From NCBI GenBank assembly GCA_964016885.1, contig OZ024741.1, forward strand, positions 56,420,001 through 56,484,000: DNA of 64,000 nt, given 5' to 3'. Position numbers and translations under genes: made by a program. Each line of letters starts with the position of its first letter. Within the stretch, counting starts at the first letter, position 1. Source of the stretch: Eledone cirrhosa. Taxonomy: Eukaryota. The notes under the pieces were generated by a model. That model was not told the origin of the DNA. It did not search any database and saw only the letters and a list, made by a program, of their open reading frames with translations. Of the stretch, positions 47,331 to 64,000 are shown piece by piece.

Positions 47331-47826
47331 GTTCTTCATGTCGCTATAGACTGATGTTTGGTTTCGTCTGAATCTTTTATTAAGCACTTTTCTCTCATCT
47401 ACCTTCTTCAGGTATCGGCGTTTTTCGCTAACAGCTCTCAATTCTTGTTTGAGGGTGATCAGCTTATATTGGAGAGTTCTGGTTCTACTGTTACCAAACA
47501 TCATCTCTATTTTATTTTTCACTCTTTGTTGGTGAGGAGTGAGGTTTTTTTGTGTTTGTTTGCATGTAAGGAGCATTGTCACATATCCTATGGTTTTTCG
47601 TAGGTCAGCAATCTTTTTTTCTATTTTAGTTATATACGATATTTCTGGTGGTGTTCTGTTCTTGTTAATATCTCTGCTATCACCAAGATAATGCTTCACT
47701 GTCGTTGCTAAGGCATATAAACAGGCGTTGATTTACCAAAATGTTGGGGTTTTTATCCGTCGTAAATATTCATCCCCTATTTCGTCAATAACACGTAATA
47801 TTTCATTATTTAGCTTTTACAAAAAG

Positions 47827-48013
47827 GGCGGTGAATTGGCAGTATCGGTAGAGGGTTGGACGCCATGCTTTCTAGCATAGTTACGTCCCTTTACAGTCTG
47901 AGTTCAAATCCCGCCGAGGTTAACTTTGCCTTTCATCCTTACGGGGTCGATAAAATAAAGTACCAGTAATGTACTGGGTAATTGCTGGCCTTGTGCCTAA
48001 AGTAGAAACAATT
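47827..48013 (+). mobile_element. SINE family A copy inside the R4-like element
   Basis: Consensus match. Confidence 0.85.
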
Positions 48014-49006
48014 ATTTAGTTTTTTTTAAATTAAACATTGTCGTTTTAATACGTTCAGCAAGAGAGATATTTATACATGAATTAATTTCTCTCTGGAAGA
48101 TTTCGTTGAGGGAAATTTTCAATTGTTTATACTTTTGATTATTATCATTATCGATAGTATTTTCCACAACAGTCGAGGTAGACTCGAATGGTAGACGTGG
48201 TGTCAAATTTCTTCGATTATTATTATTCTTTCTTCGATTATTATTATTATCGATAGTGTTTTCCCCCAGCATTCGATGTAGACTTAGATGGTACAGGTGG
48301 TGTCAAGTTTCTTACAGGCATAGTTGTTGCAAGGCGCTGTTCGACCTGGTTGCTAGGAACTCTAGTAGCATGGCGACCTGTAGCACGTGTTGTTGATCCC
48401 ATGTTTGTTGTGGGGGACTTACAATTAATACTATTTATCTTATTTTTACGTTCAACAAACGTCGCTTGTTGGCGTAATTGTTTCGCTGTGAAATAATTTA
48501 GCTCTGGGTGTATTTTGTGACAGTGTAGCTTCATTCTGTTCATATAGCCAATGGAGGGATTGTTTTTTGCCATTTTATAACAATTAAATAAATCATTATT
48601 AAGTTCGCAACTCCAAGAGAAATGCAATTTATAATTTCGGTCTCTTCTGTAGCTACAACTGAATAAAGTTTCTTTACCTTTCTTGTTGTTTGTCTTCGAT
48701 ACTTCCTTAATTTTGTTGTTGATGTTGTGTTCAGCCATGCTGTTTGTAGCAAATCCTTGAAAAATGAATTATGTATTTAGTCGGATATCTCTACGAATTC
48801 GAATAAAAGGTGTCTTCAGAAGATATAGTTAGAAGAATAACCTGTTATTCAACATGACTGTAGTTGTGGCATTATTGTCGGAGATAGTATTCATCTTAAA
48901 TTTAATAAATAGTCTCCCACGCCAAAATATGCGACTGATCGCGTTGACTGTGTATGTATGTATGTATGTATGTATGTATGTATGTATGTATGTATGTATG
49001 TATGTA

Positions 49007-49058
<52 letters not shown>

Positions 49059-49514
49059 TGTGTGTGTGTTTGTGCGCGTTCGCGTGCGTGTATGCGCGTG
49101 TTAAAACCAAAGATAATGCAATACATGTTACGTGTATGAATATCAATAAATATTAAATTAACTTTCTTGGACTAGACTGAACGTTTTCTCCTTATTCCTT
49201 TCTATGGACATTTTTGCTGCATACACATATAGCTCCTAAAGTGGAATATTTAAGCAACGTCTATCGAAATTTCCTTCGACTGGCATCAATCAGCACTATT
49301 TTTGACACAAGGATTGACTTCATCACAACACCATGATGGACCTGTACGTGATAAACTAGTCCACCATGAATCTACCAACACTAACCGAAACCTCATACTA
49401 CAAAATGCTACTTGAAAAAGGGGGAGTTGTAGTATGAAGATTTAGATGGAAATCTCTACTCTTCGGTGAAGAAATATCAAGTCAACTGATGTACTGCATA
49501 TACCACAATTCCAA

Positions 49515-49713
49515 CAATGTGGCAGTGGAGACTTCTGGTGTGCTCGGCCGTAGGGCTACATCCCTACTCACCACCATAGGCGCTGAGCTGGCCAGCCGTA
49601 GGTGTGAGCCTCGCGAGCTGGAATGGCTTTTCCAGCGCGTCTCCCTTGCCGTCCTCCGGGGAAACGCCTTCTCCATTCTGTCCACCGGAGCTGTGGGGAG
49701 GCCACCAACATGA
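49515..49713 (+). mobile_element. CRE-like non-LTR 3' end
   Basis: AVETSG.LG...LFQRVSLAVLRGNA.SIL motif. A related fragment lies at ~54570-54630 (-): LRGNSFSILSAGAVGRP. Confidence 0.7.
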
Positions 49714-50036
49714 TTGACTAACTTGTCCTTTTATCAGTCAGTGTAGATATTATTATACTATTTTGTTAACTATTATTACTAAACTGCACCCATCAGTTTC
49801 AATTCCAACAATATAACTTTCCTACATACTTGCAAAACTATCTGACATACCTATATAATTACATCAAATTACCCATTTTTTACATCCCTGTAGCTGTATT
49901 CTGTTGCCTACTCCATACGTTTTCAATACCGAACACACAATCACACAATCACACGAATTTCACAATAATTCCCATTTAAATAAGAAAACTTTTCTGCGTT
50001 ACGACAAATGATGGATGTTGAAATATTTTAATTCTG

Positions 50037-50247
<211 letters not shown>

Positions 50248-50322
50248 CGTGTGCGTGTGCGTGCGTGCGTGCGAACGTTTGTGTATGCATGCATATATAT
50301 ATGTATGTGTATTTATACTCAC

Positions 50323-50424
50323 GTGTTATGGCCATTGATGTACTGGCTCTCTCCACTCGTTCGTAAGCTTGATTGAAATAATCAATGTTATCACAAAAGG
50401 ATTTTTCTTGCCCTGGAAAAAATT
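50323..50424 (-). CDS. CACNG: TARP/CACNG-like gene, internal exon (end of first extracellular loop)
   Basis: tctgtttcag|...|gtgagt, 102 bp, phase 1/1. Reads EFFPGQEKSFCDNIDYFNQAYERVERASTSMAITR (C..IDYF motif). Confidence 0.85.
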
Positions 50425-50530
50425 CTGAAACAGAAAAAAGTAAAAAAGTGTGATTACAATGAATCCGTATTTTATACCTCAACCTCGTTATTAAAACATG
50501 TAAAGATGCCTGAACTTAAACTACTACTAT

Positions 50531-50573
<43 letters not shown>

Positions 50574-51075
50574 TGGGAGGGTCCTGGGGGAAGAGTCCTC
50601 CAGTACGACTTCTAGAGAGTCCTGTCAGAAGCAACCCTCTCCAATTGATCCGGTTGGATGACCAAGCGAGGCCAGAACCCAGCTATATAGCTACGAGGAG
50701 GAGAGTAAAGGCTACCTCTATAAAAGTCTAGTCTTCGGGGGGTCTGAGAAAAATACCAAATTGGTGAGTGGCGCGAAAAAGGAGGAATTGCTTCATGAAG
50801 ATTTTGCTGAATGAAAAGTAACCGTGGGTGGTGCAAGTTTATGGGCTAAACAGAACTGATATGAAGAAGAAGAAGAAGAAGAAGAAGAAGAAGAAGAAGA
50901 AGAAGAAGAAGAAGAAGATTAGGGTAGAATTGATAAAGTACCAGACAACTGCTTAGCGTATTTGTTCTAACAGCTTTGCCGAGAAACAAATAAATAAAGT
51001 AAATGATAACCATTTTTTATGCTACGTACGATAAAATCCATACAGTTCAAAGCCACGTATGATGCAAGTAGTGCG

Positions 51076-51123
<48 letters not shown>

Positions 51124-52523
51124 ATGTGAGAAAAACCACAAACCCTCCATCTCAACTCTACTTTTGAAAAGCAGAAGAACTGAGAAACCGGTAAAGGAAC
51201 CAAATAAATATATATTAAAAAAAAAAAAGACTCCAGTTGCATTTTCGATTTCATCTTTTTTCCTTATACTTTCACTCGTGTAGGACACCTCGTTTTTTTT
51301 TCATTTTATAAAAAAAACCCACTTTCTAATATATATATAATATATGTATATGTGTATGTGTGTACAAATATATACATATATATCTATGTATATATAATAT
51401 AGTGAAGGCGTGTGGCTGAGTGGTTAGAGAACTGGATTCGCAATCGTGAGGTTGTGAGTTCTATTCCTGGACCGGGCGATGCGTTATGTCCTTGAGCAAG
51501 ACATTTTATTTCACGTTGCTCCTTCTACCTGGAGTTGCGACCGATAGATAATATTAGCAATTGGAAAGACCAATGGAAACACTGTTTCCTCGGTCTGACT
51601 TGACGAAAGTCGATCGTTAGGAATATATATATACATACATACATATACATACATATATATATATATATATTTAGTGCAAATTTATACGGGAACAAAACAG
51701 AGAGGCAGACAAATAAAGGTTTAGGTTCACGCTATATATATATATGTACATTGGGTAAAGACCACCTTCGGTCACGAATGGGATTTACACCTAGAAGGTT
51801 TCCCTCCGAGGTACAAGTCCGGGCAAGGTTGTTTGTGGAAGACCAGCAGTCGCCCATGCATAACACGCCACCCATGATGTCCAAGGGAAAGACAATGGCC
51901 GATACAGCTTGGCACCGTTGACATCACAACTCATTTCTACAGCTGAGTAAAACTGGAGCAACGTGAAATAAAGTGCCTTGCTCAAGGACACAACCCATCA
52001 CCCGACCCGAGAATCGAACTCACAACCTTCCAATTGTTAGCCCAATGTTCTAACCACTAAGCCATGCGCCTTCATACATACATAATACATACATGCTTAT
52101 ATACCTTTTTTTATATAAAACATCTTAGAAGAAAGACATGCACTACATTACATTATACTGCTCTATACTACACTGCTTTACACTGCACCGCCACCACAGT
52201 ACACTACCAGATATTGAACGAAGTCAACCACTAGCCTTTCTTCTCTCTTGTTTGTTTGATTGATTAATTGCTTGGTCGTCTACTCTGGCCTTTGAGAAAT
52301 TACTGAAGATGGTAACAATGCATTTTATGATTGATCAATGATTTTTCAAAAGAAAGAAAAAAAGAAGAAATTGTTCGCTTTTCTAGTTTTTCGACATTTT
52401 GCTTTTTCTTAAAAAAAAAAATACTAACTGATTCGTATATATGTTGGTTGAGTTTGTAGTATATATGTTGGTCGAGTTTGTGGTTATATGGAAAAGGAAA
52501 TATATAAAATATGTTAACACACA

Positions 52524-53200
52524 ATTGGCAGTATCGGTAGAGGGTCGGACGCCATGCTTTGATGTATAGAGTTACGGCCCTTGCCATTCTGAGTCCAAAT
52601 CCCGCCGAGGTTAACTTTGCCTTTCATCCTTATGGGGTCGATAAAATAAAGTACCAGTAATCTACTGGGTAATTGCTGGCCTTGTGCCAAAAGTAGAAAC
52701 AATTATTTCATAGACATGCCAAAAGTAGAAATAATTATTTCATAGACATGCAATGTTTCTAGTCCAGATATTAGTTTCTAATTTAGGCACAATACCATCA
52801 AATTGGAGGCAGAGTAATGTTGGTTAAATCAACACCAGTAGATGACTGGTACTTATTTTATCTACTCATGAAGGATGAGAGGCAAAGTGAACCTCGGCAG
52901 GTATTGAACTCAGAATGTAAAAAGGCAGAAAAATATCACAATGACATTTAATCTGACATCCTACCAATTCTGTCAATTCACCACCATAGTCCAGATATTA
53001 ATAACCATCATGTGGATCGGCAGTATCGGTAGAGGGTCTGACGCCATGCTCTGCACATAGAGTTATGGCTCTTTGTGTTCTGATTTCAAATCCCGCCGAG
53101 GTTAACTTTGCCTTTCATCCTTACGGGGGTCGATAAAATAAAGTACCAGTAATGCACTGGGATAATTGCTGGTCTTGTGCCAAAAGTAGAAATAATAATT
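52524..53200 (+). mobile_element. SINE family A cluster (52524-52705 +, older copy ~52780-52985 -, 53017-53200 +)
   Basis: Consensus matches. Confidence 0.75.
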
Positions 53201-56200
53201 AGTAGTGTAAAATACATTCAGATGCTGACTATATATGTAGATATAATGTACGTATGTATAGATCTGAAGCTGCTGAGGGAGTAGTAAGAACGCCATATTG
53301 ACATACGGTGTTCCTAGGACATTTTAAAAAACCTGGCGGAGCTAATTTCCTCTCCAGGTCTGAATACAACAGATTTCTTCCAGAAAATGATAGAGAGTGA
53401 GAGAAAGGAAGTGAGAAAAAATATAGAGGAAGAATCGACTCCAGTACTAAGCTGGTACTTTTTTATCGACCTTAAATGGATGAAAGGCAAAGTTGACCTC
53501 GGCGGGATTTGGTCTCAGAGAGCAGAGAGTCGGAACGAATATAGCAAAGCATTATATCCGACGTTCTAACGATTCTGCCAATTCGCCGCCTGTAGATATA
53601 ATAGTGGTAAAAAAACCCCCATTGAAATACTGACCACACATGTAGATATAATATCATAATTATCCAAACACTGACAACACGTATAGTTATAACAGTTAGT
53701 AGTACAAGATGCAATGAAACATTGACTGAATACATATGTAGCATATGTAGATACAACAGTAATATACAAATACTATCTACATAGAGATCATTTGTTTACA
53801 TTCGTTAATTTTTTTTATTAACATCGGATCAATATTTTGGCCAGTTATATAACAAAACAGGGAGGGGGGAGGCACCAATCGAACTGATTTTCCCATATTT
53901 ATTTTGTTTAAAGTAAATACGTATCGATATAAAAATGTTTTTTTTCTGATTCATTCAAATATTTCTTTGATTATTGTTTCTGTTTTCATTAAATGTTTTC
54001 TAAGGGATAAAACTTCGTTTGTCTTTCAACGTAAATTCACAAAGAAAAGATAATAGTGATTTGTTTGTTTAAAATTGAATTCAAAGAAGTATATCAAAAT
54101 CAAATCAAATGATGATTGATTAATAAAATGTTTCACAGTAAGACGACTCATCATAATCGTCACCCTTCCACCAGAAATACGACTACCACCACCACCACCG
54201 CCGGTTTTATTGGGGTGTAGTGGTTAGTGTAGGGGATATAAGAGTGTAGTGGTTAGTGAGGGGATATAGGGCCGTTGGACGTAGCATGGGTGATGAACTG
54301 AAAGTGACTGAGTAGAGGTGGCATGAAACCAGCCAGTTCTGTGGAGAAGAAACCGTTGTAGTAGTGATAATGGCGGTGGTAATTTGGTTATATGTATATA
54401 TAAACAATATAATGTTCATTTGCAAAAGGGAGCTTAATGACTCATTAACTGCTTAATGAACACAACCACAAGGATATGGTCCGAACGTGGGAGAGCCTAA
54501 CTCCCACTGTCATCGTCTTCATCTCTCTCACCCTCCCCATCTCTCTGTATGGTGTGCAAATGGGGTCCCACGTGCTGGCCTCCCCACAGCCCCGGCGGAC
54601 AGAATGGAGAAAGAGTTTCCTCGGAGGTAGTGGTAGAAAAGGCAGAGAGAGGGGAGAGAGAGAGAGAAAGAAAGAAAGTGGAAGTCACTCCTCGTACTCA
54701 AGGAAAGCCGAAGTCGAAACAAGCAAAGTATTTTCTTAATAAAAATAGATTATTCCAAAATTATATCTATTTGTAGGCGTCGAATTGGCAGAGTTGTTTG
54801 AACGTCCGATAGAATTTTTGTGGTATTCTTTCCGGCTCCCTGTGATTAATTCAAATAATCCCGAAGTCAACTTTGTCTTCGAGGTCGATAAATGAAGTAC
54901 CAGCGCAGGCCTCGAGCCGAGTCTTCCTTTACACCTCTTTCTCACTTCTCTATCACTCTAGAAGAAATCGGCTGTGTTCGTCCTTACGACTCCAATGAAA
55001 TTACAGATCCATAATACTTATTTATACAACGAGAAAATGGCCAATCCGCTTCCTTTTAAAACTTTTGCGATATTTTTCATGAAATTGATCTAGTAATCAG
55101 ATCCGAGGGAGACCGTTATTGATCAAAGGAAGGAAGGCAATTATTCTTAAAGCAGTTATTCTTAGGCGGCAAATTGACAGAGTGGTCAGAACGTCAGATG
55201 GAATGCTTTGCGGTATTCGTTCCGGCTCTCTATGCTCTGAGTTCAAATTTCACCGAAGTCAAACTTGCCTTTCTTCATTTCGAGGCAGCGAACATCGGAT
55301 AAATGCTTTGCTGTGTTCATCCCGTTTCTCTTTGCACTTTGATTTCAAATTCCGATATTTATATGTATTGTTAAATATCCTATCCTGGTATGATATTTGA
55401 ATATGCTATACTAAAACATATTTTGATATGCTGTACTAGTGCATATGATATATAAATATTGAGTACTTATAATGATATTTGGCTATTAAAGCGGCAAATT
55501 AATAGAGTTGTTAGAATGTCGGTAAGGATGCTTTACGGTATTCGTTCCGACTCTCTGTGCTCTGAGTTCGAATCCCACCAAGATAAACTATGCCTTTCAT
55601 TCTTTCGAGGTTGATAAAAAAGTATTAGTTCAGTATTGGGGTCAATTCTCTCTTTCTCTGTGTCTCGATCTTACTCTTTCTCTGGAAGAAATCGCCTATG
55701 TTCAGAAAAGGTGTTGTGCCAGGTATAAAGACACAAAACACACCGTATGTCACGACAGTGTCCCTATGAAAATGATCAGGAGTCCAGGTCTCATGGATGA
55801 ATATTTATTACTAGTTGTAGATTTATCGACTGCATGAATGATGCATGAATGAAAGTAAAGTCCGGTAGGATTTGATCACAGAACCAAATATAAAACTAAA
55901 TAAATATGCCATCGAATTTATTCCTATGAGAGAGAAGATACGTGCAGTAGGAAGCCCTTTGCTTCAGATACCCTCAATAATGATTGAAAAGCAATAATTA
56001 TCCACATTTCTTTCAATGTTTTCAATTAGCTTAATATCTGTAAACAAAAGAAGATAACACAAACGTTCACGTAATATCAGATCGAACAATCGATAATTAC
56101 ACTCTTAATGTAATATAGAAAAACAACACCAGCATCATTGTCATCAACATCAACAACAACGACGGCGACGTCAAGAACAATAAAAAAACACAACAATAGT

Positions 56201-57024
56201 AATAACAACAACAACTATAATAACAACAATAACAATAGCAACAATAATGACAACAATAGCAATAATGATAAACAGAAAAAAACACACACCATCAAAGCCT
56301 AATTTGTGCATTGTCACGCCACATAAAAAAGAAAGCTTTATTAGCTCTTCTTATTGAAATGATATCATTTATCCGTGTTATAATATGATTACCTCAAGAG
56401 TGGGACCGTGTAGTATTATTATCAATGCAGTTTGTTTCTCTTAAGTAGCTGTTCTAACATTCTTTGTATGTATATGGACCCATAACTCCTAATGAAGTTG
56501 TAGTGGCGTCGTGATAACATACGACGCATCTTGGCCATTTAAAACCTTGTGCAGCCCATCTCTCTCCTAGTTTGAACAATCGATTTTTCCAGAGAAGGAG
56601 GGAGTGAGAGAGGGAGTGAGATGGAGCGGGGGAAAAAGAGGGAAGGTGATAGCGAAGGGGAGAGAGAGAGAGTGTGGGGGCGGATAAGGAGGAAGTGAGA
56701 AAGAGATGTATAAGAATCGACTCGAGTACTAGACTGGTATTTATTTTATCGACCTCGAAAGGATGAAAGGTAAAGTTGATCGCAGCGAGATTTGATCCCA
56801 GAGTTAATAGAACCGCAACAAATATTGCAAACCATTCTATCTAACGTTCTAATGATTCGGCCAATTCACCGCCTTTCTAACATTCTTACTTATAATTAAA
56901 GGGGTGATTTGTGAAGTAGAGAGGGGAAACAGAAAATGCATCATACGACAAGCATTTGAGAGAAAGACCAACGTTGAGTGCAGAGAGCACAGAGTAGAGA
57001 GCAAAACCTCAGCAAGGAGTAAAT

Positions 57025-57280
57025 ATGATTTCTAGTATAGGCAAAAGGCCAGTAATTTGGGGAGAGGAGAAAATCGATTAAATCGACCCCATACGACGTT
57101 ACTAGTGCTTTATTTTATCGACCCCGTAAGGATGAAAGGCAAGTTTACCTCGGCGGGATTTGAACTCAGAGCGTAAAGGGTGGTAACTCTCTGCCACAAA
57201 GTAAGTTGTCTGACGCTCTACCGTAACTCTATGCTGCAAAGCATGGTGTCCGACTCTACCGATACTGCCAATCCACCGCC
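57025..57280 (-). mobile_element. SINE family A copy with internal duplication
   Basis: Consensus match; gtaactct...ctctaccg segment present twice. Confidence 0.75.
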
Positions 57281-57749
57281 CTGCAAGGAGTAAATATAAT
57301 ATTGTGTCCAACCCCCCCAGGCCGCGGACTAGCAATTACACCAAGTCCTTATTCCCCAGAATGTCGCACAGGAATTATCTCCCTGCATATGTTTTTTTGA
57401 CTTTGTTCCTATGTTAGAAAGAATTATTACAGGATGTCAATAGGATAGTAGATTGGAAGATTCGTTAGAGCATCGGAAAAGTGCCTACTGGCATTTAGTT
57501 AGAAAGCTTTATGTTCTGAGTTTAACTCGTTCCGAGTTCAACTTTGTCTTTCATTATTATGGGGTCGATAAACGATAATACCAGTCAAGTACTAATTGCA
57601 TAAATTATAAACCATTATTTCAGGGGTCAATAAATAGAAGCCACTTTAAGGGTGATGATGAACTCCACAATCTTCATTAGGGGTTGTCAAAAATGTACGA
57701 CCTCCACCCTTGCATATCTACACAGAGACACAGACACACAGACACACAG

Positions 57750-57780
<31 letters not shown>

Positions 57781-58211
57781 CATACACATATACCCACATC
57801 CATATACATTTATATATACATATGAGAAAGAGATGTATAAGAATCGACTCGAGTACTAGACTGGTACTTATTTTATCGACCTCGAAATGATGAAAGGTAA
57901 AGTTGATCCATAGGCCCTAAACTCCTAGGCTGGAATTCAGCCAATTTCTTTCAGAGAGTGAGAGAGAAAGAGGGGGAAGAGGAGAGAGAGAGAGAGAAGG
58001 GGAGAAGTGAAGCCCAGTACAGGACTAGTATTTAATTTATCGACCTCGAAATTATCTCGGCAAGATTTGAACTCAGAGAGCAGAGAGTCAGAGCGAATGC
58101 CGTTATTCTAAGGACTGTGCCAATTCACCACCATATATATATATATTGAGTACCTTACTTACTGTGGTTACCCCCGATTGAACTCGGGACAAACATATAT
58201 ATATATATGTG

Positions 58212-58278
<67 letters not shown>

Positions 58279-58446
58279 CAAAGGAATTGTGGTAAGGAAC
58301 CAGATGGACCATAACGCACCAGAGAACTCAATACTTAGGGTAGTAGAGTGGGAAATAGGAAAAAGTATGACCCTGACGGCAGAGCTCAAGCCGTTTCGGC
58401 GGCTATTTAGTCCAGAAATAGCCGTCAAAACGGAGTCATACTTTTT

Positions 58447-58539
<93 letters not shown>

Positions 58540-58654
58540 AATATAAAGAATTAGTATATCTAGCAACATATGTATACAAGTGCATACCTATGCTAGCAAA
58601 TATATGTTTTGTCTTAGTAACTTTGTGGTTCTATGCAAGGGGATGCAGAACAAT

Positions 58655-58759
58655 TATATGAAAGACGTAAAATAAGAAAATTATGAAAATTAACTTACTT
58701 ACTAAATTTTAGTAAGTAAGTTAATTTTCATAATTTTCTTATTTTACGTCTTTCATATA
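58655..58759. repeat. Perfect palindrome, 52-bp arms, 1-nt centre
   Basis: 58655-58706 pairs with 58708-58759. It ends a repeat (58540-58706) also found at ~62868-63035. Confidence 0.92.
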
Positions 58760-58868
58760 TATATATATATAGTGGTGGAACACTGGACTGTAATATCCGT
58801 AGTGGTAGAGCACTCAGTCCAAGGGACGAGTTAGGTAGAAGTGGTTACACAACAGTTAGTTCACCATA

Positions 58869-58908
58869 CCGAGAACAACTGTTTCACCTTCGCGGATCTT
58901 CAGCTCGG
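58869..58908 (-). ncRNA. Minimal hammerhead, inverted copy
   Basis: Exact reverse complement of 58939-58978. Confidence 0.75.
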
Positions 58909-58938
58909 GATGTGTATGTTCCTATAACCATACACATC

Positions 58939-58978
58939 CCGAGCTGAAGATCCGCGAAGGTGAAACAGTTGTTCTCGG
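58939..58978 (+). ncRNA. Minimal type I hammerhead ribozyme
   Basis: ccgag-CTGAAGA-tcc gcgaa ggt-GAAA-cagttg-TT-ctcgg: 5-bp stem I, near-palindromic helix III, GUU site. Confidence 0.75.
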
Positions 58979-59006
58979 TATGGTGAACTAACTGTTGTGT
59001 AACCAC

Positions 59007-59139
<133 letters not shown>

Positions 59140-59509
59140 TATATATATATATATAAACGTGCACACCTCCACATATTCGCGCACATGCACGTGTGTGTGT
59201 GCATATACGGATGATGAAGAAGTTCGCTTTGCAGTCATGTGGTTTCAGGTTTGACCCCACTGCATAGCATCTTAAGCTAGTCATCTATAATTGCCCTGAA
59301 TACACCCAAGCTTTGTTAAGGAAACTGAATTGAAGGAAACAATTTCGAAATTCCCCAATATTGGTTGTCGCCTACAATATCGGGCAGGTTTGTCACACTG
59401 ATTTTGTTTTCAGAACTCATGCGTCTATGGCATACTTATCCGTAAACTCTGTAATCTAATTCGTAGGCAGATCAGTATATATATGTATATGATGATGATG
59501 ATGATGATG

Positions 59510-59577
<68 letters not shown>

Positions 59578-59764
59578 AGTAAGAATATTTTCGACATATA
59601 TATATATGTATATATCTATATGTAAAAGATAAACAGAAATAACAACACAATCGATGCATGGCTGACAGGAATGCTAAAAATAGCTCCTCGTTAAGTCCTT
59701 AAGACAGCTCTACTAAAATTAAATTTATTAGAAGCAGAAACATAATACATCAGTCGAGGCAATA

Positions 59765-62872
<3,108 letters not shown>

Positions 62873-62983
62873 AATTAATATCTAGTAACATATATATACA
62901 TACAGATGCATATCAATGCTAGCAAATATATAGGTTTTGTCTTAGTAACTTTGTGGTTCAATGCATGGGGATGCAGAACAATA

Positions 62984-63372
<389 letters not shown>

Positions 63373-63399
63373 ATATATATGTATATGTATATATATATA

Positions 63400-63622
<223 letters not shown>

Positions 63623-63646
63623 GTATATTTATACACACACACACAT

Positions 63647-63678
<32 letters not shown>

Positions 63679-64000
63679 TTATATATATATAAGTAGAAGG
63701 GTTATTTAATTTGTTGGAAGTCCGACAAATATACATCTTTATAACTGATTTAGAGCACTCAACAGTATAGTGGAGTAAATATTCAATGATATTAAATAAA
63801 TGGAAACTATATTTATAAAACCATATTTATTTTATTATATATATTTCAAGGGTACCAAGACACATTGGTACGATTTCCTCAGATAAAATACAAAGTTTGT
63901 TTTATAAATAGAGACATGCCCATGAAAATCATACCTTATCGGTTGGATATTCTCTGGATAGTGGAAATATATTAGGGATTTTTCAAACTTATGGGTGAAT

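Larger units (their letters stand above)
44241..48950 (-). mobile_element. Near full-length R4/Dong-type non-LTR retrotransposon (RT plus CCHC plus restriction-like endonuclease), frameshifted and SINE-interrupted
   Basis: ORF pieces 48247-48738, 48012-48272, 47330-47699, 46357-46707, 45204-46379 (WLDYRKAFDSV.HSW, GIFQGDSLS, FVDDLKLY) and 44444-45364 (CRLC...H...C, RHD, RPDI..D, VEIS). (TATG)n on both flanks. Confidence 0.9.

Noticed and set aside
48785-48826. Hammerhead-like motif in the 5' region of the R4-like element (minus: atatctt-CTGAAGA...GAATTCG-TA-gagatat)
   Set aside because: A 7-bp stem I is present, but stem II does not pair and GAAA reads GAAT; not supportable from one copy.
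56697-57908. Near-identical ~85-bp segments at ~56697-56780 and ~57824-57908
   Set aside because: Both are SINE family A-related 3' portions; explained by a subfamily match or small local duplication.

Overview
Eukaryotic, AT-rich, microsatellite-saturated animal DNA. The SINE families and the extreme (TA)n/(CA)n/(TATG)n load suggest an octopus/coleoid cephalopod (inference). The only host gene I can support is a minus-strand TARP/CACNG (stargazin/claudin-fold) gene: three in-phase coding exons at 50323-50424, 40188-40322 and 28933-29240, with its 5' exons not found. Most other recognisable sequence is transposon-derived: two tail-to-tail decayed Gypsy LTR elements (1-7317), a Penelope-like element (PLE) with an open RT-GIY-YIG frame and inverted pseudo-LTRs (34995-38422), two further PLE remnants, two R4/Dong-type RLE LINEs next to (TATG)n, RTE and CRE fragments, a mariner remnant, a Tc1/mariner MITE and many tRNA-SINEs. 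The most notable signal is a dense, sequence-diverse set of short foldbacks and minimal hammerhead ribozymes (CUGAnGA...GAAA-palindrome-UH) sitting in or next to (TA)n tracts, mostly inside or near the TARP gene, with some in its sense orientation. A five-copy identical 91-bp/(CA)n array lies at 9244-10157. Most ORFs in the supplied track are microsatellite artefacts.
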